Source of the DNA: Macrostomum hystrix
Taxonomy: Eukaryota; Animalia; Platyhelminthes
Assembly (NCBI GenBank): GCA_950097015.1
Contig: CATNEN010000034.1
Coordinates: forward strand, 6,758,001-6,822,000
Direction: 5' to 3'
DNA: 64,000 nt
Program-made: the position numbers and the translations under genes
Part shown: piece after piece, positions 36,504 to 47,600 of the stretch
How the letters are laid out: each line of letters starts with the position of its first letter
Position numbering within the stretch: the stretch's first letter is position 1
Notes under the pieces: model-generated
The model's database searches: none
What the model saw: the letters and a program-made list of their open reading frames with translations, nothing else
Told to the model about the DNA's origin: nothing

Positions 36504-39500
36504 ATGCCAGTAGCCAGCAGCGATCAGAAATCAGCGCCACCGCCGCCACCGTCCGGGCAGCCGACGCCGCAGCCTCCATTATCAGCAGCGTCTGCAATGG
36601 CCGCTGCTTCGGCCGCCGCGGCAGCGAAGCCGTTGGAACAGGCCAAGGCCAGCTCGCCAATACCGGCTGCTACACCGCCGCCTCTGTTGCCTAGCAACGC
36701 TGTTCGCGAAGCCCGCAGCGGCAGTTGCAGTCATCAGGTTAGCAAGAATCGGGAGCTGCTCTCACTGCCATCGCTGAAGGAGGCTGCGGGCGCCCAGGAG
36801 CGGGAGGCGCTGCTCCTTCAGAAGCTGCGCCAGTGCTGCGTTGTGTTCGACTTCGCCCAGGACCCGCTGTCCGATCTCAAATACAAGGAGGTGAAACGGC
36901 TGGCCCTGCAGGAGCTGGTCGAGTTTGTCACGGTGTCCCAGGGCGCTCTGACTGAGCCAGTCTACTCAGATGCCGTAGCTATGTTTGCCGCAAACGTGTT
37001 TCGGACCCTGCCGCCGCCATCGAATCCACTCGGCGCCGAGTTCGATCCCGAAGAGGACGAGCCCAACCTGGAGGCGGCCTGGCCTCACCTGCATCTGGTC
37101 TGCGAGTTCTTTCTGCGCTTCCTAGAGTCGCCAGAGTTTCAGCCGGCATTTGCCAAGCGCTACATAGATCAGGCATTCGTGCTACAATTGTTGGACATGT
37201 TTGATAGCGAGGATCCGAGGGAGCGCGACTTCTTGAAGACCATCCTGCACCGCATCTATGGCAAATTTGTCGGCTTGCGGGGACTCATTCGAAAGAATAT
37301 TAATAATATTTTCTACAGGTGTGACACATTTTTTTTTGCTTGGCCCTGTTAATCCAATGACTTAGCTACTATATTATCAACCATTTATTATCCATTGTGA
37401 GCTGTCCCTGATTCAATCAGTCATTATCCATTGTGAGCTGTCCCTGATTCAATCAGTCATTATCCATTGTGAGCTGTCCCTGATTCAATCAGTCATTATC
37501 CATTGTGAGCTGTCCCTGATTCAATCAGTCATTATCCATTGTGAGCTGTCCCTGATTCAATCAGTCATTATCCATTGTGAGCTGTCCCTGATTCAATCAG
37601 TCATTATCCATTGTGAGCTGTCCCTGATTCAATCAGTCATTATCCATTGTGAGCTGTCCCTGATTCAATCAGTCATTATCCATTGTGAGCTGTCCCTGAT
37701 TCAATCAGTCATTATCCATTGTGAGCTGTCCCTAATTCAATCAGTCATTATCCATTGTGAGCTGTCCCTGATTCAATCAGTCATTATCCATTGTGAGCTG
37801 TCCCTGATTTAATCAGTCATTATCCATTGTGAGCTGTCCCTGATTCAATCAGTCATTATCCATTGTGAGCTGTCCCTGATTCAATCAGTCATTATCCATT
37901 GTGAGCTGTCCCTGATTCAATCAGTCATTATCCATTGTGAGCTGTCCCTGATTCAATCAGTCATTATCCATTGTGAGCTGTCCCTGATTCAATCAGTCAT
38001 TATCCATTGTGAGCTGTCCCTGATTCAATCAGTCATTATCCATTGTGAGCTGTCCCTGATTCAATCAGTCATTATCCATTGTGAGCTGTCCCTGATTCAA
38101 TCAGTCATTATCCATTGTGAGCTGTCCCTGATTCAATCAGTCATTATCCATTGTGAGCTGTCCCTGATTCAATCAGTCATTATCCATTGTGAGCTGTCCC
38201 TGATTCAATCAGTCATTATCCATTGTGAGCTGTCCCTAATTCAATCAGTCATTATCCATTGTGAGCTGTCCCTGATTCAATCAGTCATTATCCATTGTGA
38301 GCTGTCCCTGATTTAATCAGTCATTATCCATTGTGAGCTGTCCCTGATTCAATCAGTCATTATCCATTGTGAGCTGTCCCTGATTCAATCAGTCATTATC
38401 CATTGTGAGCTGTCCCTGATTCAATCTAAATTATCTATTGTGAGCTGTCCCTGATTCAATCTGAATTATCCATTGTGAGCTGTCCCTGATTCAATCTGAA
38501 TTATCCATTGTGAGCTGTCCCTGATTCAATCTGAATTATCCATTGTGAGCTGTCCCTGATTCAATCTGAATTATCCATTGTGAGCTGTCCCTGATTCAAT
38601 CAGTCATTATCCATTGTGAGCTGTCCCTGATTCAATCAGTCATGTCACCACTAATTCCCGCAGGTTCATCTATGAAACTGAGCATCACAATGGCATAGCG
38701 GAACTGCTAGAGATTCTGGGCAGCATCATCAACGGCTTCGCCTTGCCTTTGAAAGAGGAGCACAAAGTGTTCCTGCTCCGAGTGCTGCTGCCACTGCACA
38801 AAGTGAAATCTCTCAGCGTTTATCACCCACAACTGGCCTACTGTGTGGTGCAGTTCCTAGAGAAAGACCACACGCTCACCCAGCCTGTCCTACTGGGCCT
38901 CTTGAAATTCTGGCCAAAAGTGCACTCTCCCAAGGAGGTGATGTTTCTCAACGAGCTGGAAGAGATCCTAGATGTCATTGAGCCGGCTGAGTTTCAAAAA
39001 GTCATCCAGCCGTTATTCGGCCAGCTGTCCAAGTGTGTCAGCTCGCCACACTTTCAGGTATGTGCATGATGTACAATCTTTGTAGATGCGTCGTTTACAG
39101 ACGCTTATTCCACCCAAATCCGCAAGCGGGCCAATTATTTGACGAGGCTGATTCCAGCCACCCCACCCCACTAGCTGGCCAATTATTTGACGAGGCTGAT
39201 TCCAGCCACCCCACCTCACTAGCTGGCCAATTATTTGACGAGGCTGATTCCAGCCACCCCACCCCACTAGCGGGCCAATCATTTGACGAGGCTGATTCCA
39301 GCCACCCCACCCCACTAGCTGGCCAATTATTTGACGAGGCTGATTCCAGCCACCCCACCCCACTAGCTGGCCAATCATTTGACGAGGCTGATTCCAGCCA
39401 CCCCACCCCACTAGCGGGCCAATCATTTGACGAGGCTGATTCCAGCTACCCCACCCCACTAGCGGGCCAATCATTTGACGAGGCTGATTCCAGCCACCCC

Positions 39501-40026
39501 ACCCCACTAGCGGGCCAATCATTTGACGAGGCTGATTCCAGCTACCCCACCCCACTAGCGGGCCAATCATTTGACGAGGCTGATTCCAGCTACCCCACCC
39601 CACTAGCGGGCCAATCATTTGACGAGGCTGATTCCACCCACCCCACCCCACTAGGTGGCGGAGCGCGCCCTGTACTTCTGGAACAACGAGTACGTGCTGT
39701 CGCTGATGTCCGAGAATGTTCGCGAAGTGCTGCCGATTGTATTTCCGGCACTGTACCAGACTAAGCAGCACTGGAACAAGACTATTCACGGATTAATCTA
39801 CAATGCGCTCAAACTGCTCATGGAGATGAATCAGCGATTATTCGACGACTGCACCAACCGGTACAAGGAGGAGCGCCAGCGGGAGGCCCTGGAGGCGGCC
39901 AGGCGAGAGCAAGCCTGGGCAGCCATCAGCAGCAAGGCCATGCAGAATCCGCTTTTTGACAATTTTTCTGCCCCCGCTACGCCAGCTGGCATCGACGGTC
40001 AGGGCGATAAAAATGGCAACGCTTGA
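36504..40026 (+). CDS. PPP2R5: PP2A regulatory subunit B' (B56, gamma/delta-like); 3 coding exons
   Basis: Exons 36504-37318, 38664-39057, 39655-40026 with phases 2 and 0. Motifs: [96 protein letters not shown]. Confidence 0.96.
37390..38642. repeat. 36-bp minisatellite filling PP2A intron 1
   Basis: ccattgtgagctgtccctgattcaatcagtcattat, about 35 copies. Confidence 0.97.
39110..39654. repeat. 48-bp minisatellite filling PP2A intron 2 and supplying its acceptor
   Basis: About 11 copies, each ending ccccactag; the last AG precedes GTG GCG GAG (VAE). Confidence 0.96.
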
Positions 40027-40214
40027 TTAGCTCTGGGCTCAGGTGCCAAATATATTATGTACGAGCGTAACCTTTTGATGACTATATTGTGTAATCCTGG
40101 GCTAGTGTGCAATGATGTGCGGAGGCATGACTGAATAAGTCACTAATTGCTGTTATGATCGCGGTCATCTTTCAATTATTAGTAATCATTGTGACTAACT
40201 AAATTGCTGACGAA

Positions 40215-41540
40215 TGTTATGACCAACTGAATGACTAATAGTGCTATGACCAACTGAATGACTAATGGATGTCATGACCAACTGAATGACTAATGGTGCT
40301 ATGACCAACTGAATGACTGATGGATGTCATGACTAACTGAATGACTGATGGATGTCATGACCAACTGAATAACTGGCGGATGTCATGACCAACTGAATGA
40401 CTAATGGATGTCATGACTAACTGAATGACTGATGGATGTCATGACCAACTGAATGACTAATGGTGCTGTGACCAACTGAATGACTGATGGATGTCATGAC
40501 TAACGGAATGACTAATGGATGTCATGACTAACTGAATGACTGATGGATGTCATGACCAACTGAATGACTAATGGTGCTGTGACCAACTGAATGACTGATG
40601 GATGTCATGACTAACTGAATGACTGATGGATGTCATGACTAACTGAATGACTGATGGATGTCATGACTAACTGAATGACTGATGGATGTCATGACCAACT
40701 GAATAACTGGCGGATGTCATGACCAACTGAATGACAGGCGGATGTCATGAACAACGGAATGACTGGCGGATGTCATGACCAACTGAATGACTGGCGGATG
40801 TCATGACCAACTGAATGACTAATGGTGCTATGACCAACTGAATGACTGATGGATGTCATGACCAACTGAATAACAGGCGGATGTCATGAACAACGGGATG
40901 ACTGGCGGATGTAATGAACAACGGAATGACAGGCGGATGTCATGACCAACTGAATAACTGGCGGATGTCATGACCAACTGAATGACAGGCGGATGTCATG
41001 ACCAACTGAATAACTGGCGGATGTCATGACCAACTGAATGACTGGCGGATGTCATGACCAACTGAATGACTAATGGTGCTATGACCAACTGAATGACTGA
41101 TGGATGTCATGACCAACTGAATAACAGGCGGATGTCATGAACAACGGGATGACTGGCGGATGTAATGAACAACGGAATGACAGGCGGATGTCATGACCAA
41201 CTGAATAACTGGCGGATGTCATGACCAACTGAATGACAGGCGGATGTCATGACCAACTGAATAACTGGCGGATGTCATGACCAACTGAATGACAGGCGGA
41301 TGTCATGAACAACGGATTGACTGGCGGATGTCATGACCAACTGAATGACTGATGGATGTCATGACCAACTGAATGATTAATGGTGCAATGACCAACTGAG
41401 TGACTGGCGGATTTCATGACCAACTGAGTGACTGGCGGATGTCATGACCAACTGAGTGACTGGCGGATGTCATGACCAACTGAGTGACTGGCGGATGTCA
41501 TGACCAACTGAGTGACTGACGGATGTCATGACCAACTGAG
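40215..41540. repeat. 27-28-bp minisatellite atgtcatgaccaactgaatgactgatgg
   Basis: Read directly; downstream of the PP2A stop. Confidence 0.95.
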
Positions 41541-42774
41541 TGACTGACGGATGCTATGATGTTAAGGTTTTCTGCGATAAATAAGTAAACACAGAATACC
41601 TGGCCTCATTAATTATTCCTATTCTTGTGTGCAAGCAATTCAAAGTGTTTTATTTATATTTCCCCAGGGTGTTGCGGTCTCTGGGTACTGGCCAAGGTTT
41701 GAGGCGTTCCAATCCGATACTTTGATCTCCCACTCCGTTTTTTCCTGCAAATTAAATCCCTATTTTTTGTTTTTCTCTTCTGTTGCTTTACCATTTATAT
41801 AAAAAGCGCTAAAATTCATTTACCTGACTACTGACACAAGTAGGTCAGTCCAGACATGCTTTATAGTAAAACGTTTTTTCTTTAACTTCCAGAGGTAGTT
41901 ATACGTCACAATGATTAAAATATACTTGCATTGTACAGACAGCTCGTTATTGTTGCATTGTGCTGCCTAAAAAATCTGGTCTATTTTGATAAGTTTATTT
42001 TGTTATGATTAACGTGATACAGATGGTTGGAAAATATTATAGCAAACTTTCTTTATGTCAGGAAATGTCAGTTTTTAGAAAATAATTAAACAAAAAAGCT
42101 TCTCAAATTTACATTTTCGCCAAAACTCAGTTTTAGCGACCTCGAAATCGTAATGGCAGGTTTTGTATGCCTTGTTTTTGTACAAGATAAACAACGGAAG
42201 CTTAGTTTTCAACGCTTGTCAGATGTATGAGTATACTATATTTCATATGTTTTTGTCTCATTACTCATAGTACTCATGTACTCATACTTTGTCGATGTTG
42301 TGAAACAGTTAAACCTCTGTTAATAGAATGTTCAAAATGTGTTTAATTCGCATTGAGGTGCAATATTAGCAAGGAAAACGCGATTGCCATATAATCAAAG
42401 TAGTATTATACGCGCTCGTAGCTACATAATATTGCTAGGCATGTCATATTGAATATAAGTTTAATTGTCAACAGTCAATTCATTGTAGAGTTTTATGTTT
42501 TATCCATTTAAATTGAATTCTGGTTCGGCGTGCACTGAGTTTTGAAAAAATTATATTTATAATTGTTAATATATATTACTTCATGCTTTGACTTTATTAA
42601 ACTTCGGTTCGATAACAATTCAGTTTATCTAGTTTCTGTTTCTCTTGCTTCTCAGTTTTGTTGATGAATTATTTCAAACTAAAAGATTTTGTTTGCGCAT
42701 TGTTACTGTCTTGTTCATTTATTGGCCATACGGAACTCCTTCTTACAATCAACAGCTGCCATGACCTCCGTCCC

Positions 42775-43562
42775 AGTTGAGAATGGTCTCTCCCATTTGA
42801 GAATGGTCTCTCCCATTTGAGAATGGTCTCTCCCATTTGAGAATGGTCTCTCCCATTTGAGAATGGTCTCTCCCATTTGAGAATGGTCTCTCCCATTTGA
42901 GAATGGTCTCTCCCATTTGAGAATGGTCTCTCCCATTTGAGAATGGTCTCTCCCATTTGAGAATGGTCTCTCCCATTTGAGAATGGTCTCTCCCATTTGA
43001 GAATGGTCTCTCCCATTTGAGAATGGTCTCTCCCATTTGAGAATGGTCTCTCCCATTTGAGAATGGTCTCTCCCATTTGAGAATGGTCTCTCCCATTTGA
43101 GAATGGTCTCTCCCATTTGAGAATGGACTCTCTCCTATTTGAGAATGGTCTCTCTCCCATTTGAGAATGGACTCTCTCCTATTTGAGAATGGACTCTCTA
43201 CTATTTGAGAATGGACTCTCTACTATTTGAGAATTGACTCTCTCATTTGAGAACGGACTCTGCCATTTGAGAATGGTCTCTCTCCCATTTGAGAATGGAC
43301 TCTCTCCCATTTGAGAATGGTCTCTCCCATTTGAGAATGGTCTCTCTCCCATTTGAGAATGGACTCTCTCCTATTTGAGAATGGTCTCTCTCCCATTTGA
43401 GAATGGACTCTCTCCTATTTGAGAATGGTCTCTCTCCCATTTGAGAATGGTCTCTCTCCCATTTGAGAATGGACTCTCTCCTATTTGAGAATGGACTCTA
43501 CTATTTGAGAATGGACTCTCTACTATTTGAGAATTGACTCTCTCATTTGAGAACGGACTCTC
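42775..43562. repeat. 20-22-bp minisatellite tctcccatttgagaatggtc
   Basis: A perfect 20-mer block followed by a diverged 22-mer block. Confidence 0.96.
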
Positions 43563-44627
43563 CAAGTCCGAGAGTCGCTGTTTTCAGCGGCCGTTGTGAA
43601 TAATTTAGTGAGCGCTGTTTAAAGCCAGTTTTGTATTGTAACCGCGCCAACAGGCAATGGCAAAAGAAAAAGACGAAATCTGTTCCCAGCTTTTTTTCCG
43701 CAGCTGCTGGAGGCTCACAGCGGAAGACATAGAAGTTTTCTAGGAAACACTTTCGCTTTGCACTGCTTTAGTTAACCAGTGGGCATTGCCTGTTAAAACG
43801 GTCACATTCGCAACTTGGCTTCAGTTTTGTTAAGTGTTTCGAGCCACTTACCTGCCTTGTGGCTGTCTGCAGCGATTCACTTGCGCCTCTACTTGGTCAA
43901 GATCGGATCGTTCCCTACTCAATTAGAGGCGCTACGCTTGGGATCTTGGCGTCTATTTATAATCCCATTCTTCTCGTTCGAGAGGCGGACTCGACCGGGA
44001 GGTGGGTGACGGGGGGGAGAATTCTCCCCTTCACTCCCAGAAGTTTCACCTGCCCCAGTTTGACGTGCCGCCGCCAGCCGCCCTCCCCCCAAACGGCCCC
44101 CTCCGTTCCGCCCGTATACCGGCTCCGCGCCTCCCCTGCCATTGACTGTGGAGTCCACCTGCTGATTCTCTGTTGCCTTCACGTCTATGGGAGCGGGCAG
44201 TGGACCGCGCTGCGGCAGCGCTAGGCTCAGGCCAGATGACTCAGAAACTGGCATTTGAGCACAGACCCGGGGAATAAAATCAGCTGTCCCACTCACTCTC
44301 CAGAGTTTCAGACCCCATTAGATCCCATTTTTCATGTTGCTTTTCATTTCGCTTCTGTTTCGCTTTATGATACGCGCTAGTATATGGCCGCTTGAAACAC
44401 TAAACTTTTTGTCTGAAGGACTCGACTAGAATGCATTTCTATTAAAGATTATCTAAGTAATATGCGCATTCATTTTCCGATTCTCATTGCACACATTCAT
44501 TGCTAAGAGTGTGTTAAGTTAGTAAATTGTTCACTGAACTAATTACTCTTTGGCTTCTTTAAGTTTAGCGTCTTTTTCTCTATCCAACGAAATTGCTATT
44601 TTTACATTTATCTGTCATTCTTCTCTC

Positions 44628-47600
44628 CGTCTGTCTCCAACTGTCTTCTGTCTGTTCCTCTCCCCAAATGTCTTCTGTCTGTTCCTCACTCCAACTGTCT
44701 CCAACTGTCTTCTGTCTGTTCCTCACTCCAACTGTCTCCAACTGTCTTCTGTCTGTTCCTCACTCCAACTGTCTTCTGTCTGTTCCTCACTCCAACTGTC
44801 TTCTGTCTGTTCCTCACTCCAACTGTCTTCTGTCTGTTCCTCTCTCCAACTGTCTTCTGTCTGTTCCTCTCTCCAACTGTCTTCTGTCTGTTCCTCTCTC
44901 CAACTGTCTTCTGTCTGTTCCTCTCTCCAACTCTCTCCAACTGTCTTCTGTCTGTTCCTCTCTCCAACTCTCTCCAACTGTCTTCTGTCTGTTCCTCTCT
45001 CCAACTGTCTTCTGTCTGTTCCTCTCTCCAACTCTCTCCAACTGTCTTCTGTCTGTTCCTCTCTCCAACTGTCTTCTGTCTGTTCCTCTCTCCAACTGTC
45101 TTCTGTCTGTTCCTCTCTCCAACTGTCTTCTGTCTGTTCCTCTCTCCAACTGTCTTCTGTCTGTTCCTCTCTCCAACTGTCTTCTGTCTGTTCCTCTCTC
45201 CAACTCTCTCCAACTGTCTTCTGTCTGTTCCTCTCTCCAACTCTCTCCAACTGTCTTCTGTCTGTTCCTCACTCCAACTGTCTTCTGTCTGTTCCTCTCT
45301 CCAACTGTCTTCTGTCTGTTCCTCTCTCCAACTGTCTTCTGTCTGTTCCTCTCTCCAACTGTCTTCTGTCTGTTCCTCTCTCCAACTGTCTTCTGTCTGT
45401 TCCTCTCTCCAACTGTCTTCTGTCTGTTCCTCTCTCCAACTCTCTCCAACTGTCTTCTGTCTGTTCCTCTCTCCAACTCTCTCCAACTGTCTTCTGTCTG
45501 TTCCTCACTCCAACTGTCTTCTGTCTGTTCCTCTCTCCAACTGTCTTCTGTCTGTTCCTCTCTCCAACTGTCTTCTGTCTGTTCCTCTCTCCAACTGTCT
45601 TCTGTCTGTTCCTCTCTCCAACTGTCTCCAACTGTCTTCTGTCTGCTCCTCTCTCCAACTCTCTCCAACTGTCTTCTGTCTGTTCCTCTCTCCAACTGTC
45701 TCCAACTATCTTCTGTCTGTTCCTCTCTCCAACTCTCTCCAACTGTCTTCTGTCTGTTCCTCTCTCCAACTCTCTCCAACTGTCTTCTGTCTGTTCCTCT
45801 CTCCAACTCTCTCCAACTGTCTTCTGTCTGTTCCTCTCTCCAACTCTCTCCAACTGTCTTCTGTCTGTTCCTCTCTCCAACTCTCTCCAACTGTCTTCTG
45901 TCTGTTCCTCTCTCCAACTCTCTTCTGTCTGTTCCAATCTCAAACTGTACCGAACTGTCTTCTGTCTGTTCCTCTCTCCAACTATCTTCTGTCTGTTCCT
46001 CTCTCCAACTCTCTTCTGTCTGTTTCAATCTCAAACTGTCCCGAACTGTCTTCTGTCTGTTCCTCTCTCCAACTATCTTCTGTCTGTTCCTCTCTCCAAC
46101 TCTCTCCAACTGTCTTCTGTCTGTTCCTCACTCCAACTGTCTTCTGTCTGTTCCTCTCTCCAACTGTCTCCAACTGTCTTCTGTCTGTTCCTCTCTCCAA
46201 CTGTCTCCAACTGTCTTCTGTCTGTTCCTCTCTCCAACTCTCTCCAACTGTCTTCTGTCTGTTCCTCTCTCCAACTCTCTCCAACTATCTTCTGTCTGTT
46301 CCTCTCTCCAACTCTCTCCAACTGTCTTCTGTCTGTTCCTCTCTCCAACTCTCTCCAACTGTCTTCTGTCTGTTCCTCTCTCCAACTCTCTCCAACTGTC
46401 TTCTGTCTGTTCCTCTCTCCAACTCTCTTCTGTCTGTTCCAATCTCAAACTGTACCGAACTGTCTTCTGTCTGTTCCTCTCTCCAACTATCTTCTGTCTG
46501 TTCCTCTCTCCAACTCTCTTCTGTCTGTTCCAATCTCAAACTGTCCCGAACTGTCTTCTGTCTGTTCCTCTCTCCAACTATCTTCTGTCTGTTCCTCTCT
46601 CCAAATCTCTCCAACTGTCTTCTGTCTGTTCCTCTCTCCAACTGTCTTCTGTCTGTTCCTCACTCCAACTGTCTTCTGTCTGTTCCTCACTCCAACTGTC
46701 TTCTGTCTGTTCCTCTCTCCAACTCTCTCCAACTGTCTTCTGTCTGTTCCTCACTCCAACTGTCTTCTGTCTGTTCCTCTCTCCAACTGTCTCCAACTGT
46801 CTTCTGTCTGTTCCTCTCTCCAACTGTCTCCAACTGTCTTCTGTCTGTTCCTCTCTCCAACTCTCTCCAACTGTCTTCTGTCTGTTCCTCTCTCCAACTC
46901 TCTCCAACTATCTTCTGTCTGTTCCTCTCTCCAACTCTCTCCAACTGTCTTCTGTCTGTTCCTCTCTCCAACTCTCTCCAACTGTCTTCTGTCTGTTCCT
47001 CTCTCCAACTCTCTCCAACTGTCTTCTGTCTGTTCCTCTCTCCAACTCTCTCCAACTGTCTTCTGTCTGTTCCTCTCTCCAACTCTCTCCAACTGTCTTC
47101 TGTCTGTTCCTCTCTCCAACTCTCTCCAACTGTCTTCTGTCTGTTCCTCTCTCTAACTCTCTTCTGTCTGTTCCAATCTCAAACTGTCCCGAACTGTCTT
47201 CTGTCTGTTCCTCTCTCCAACTATCTTCTGTCTGTTCCTCTCTCCAAATCTCTCCAACTGTCTTCTGTCTGTTCCTCTCTCCAACTCTCTTCTGTCTGTT
47301 CCAATCTCAAACTGTCCCGAACTGTCTTCTGTCTGTTCCTCTCTCCAACTATCTTCTGTCTGTTCCTCTCTCCAAATCTCTCCAACTGTCTTCTGTCTGT
47401 TCCTCTCTCCAACTCTCTCCAACTATCTTCTGTCTGTTCCTCTCTCCAACTGTCTCCAACTATCTTCTGTCTGTTCCTCTCTCCAAATCTCTCCAACTGT
47501 CTTCTGTCTGTTCCTCTCTCCAACTCTCTCCAACTGTCTTCTGTCTGTTCCTCTCTCCAACTCTCTCCAACTGTCTTCTGTCTGTTCCTCTCTCCAACTC

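Noticed and set aside
44330-44390. Integrin-alpha cytoplasmic tail assignment for CFKR..YHKA
   Set aside because: It lacks GFFKR, an in-frame TAG lies immediately upstream, and no TM or extracellular exons were found. Kept only as a weak note.
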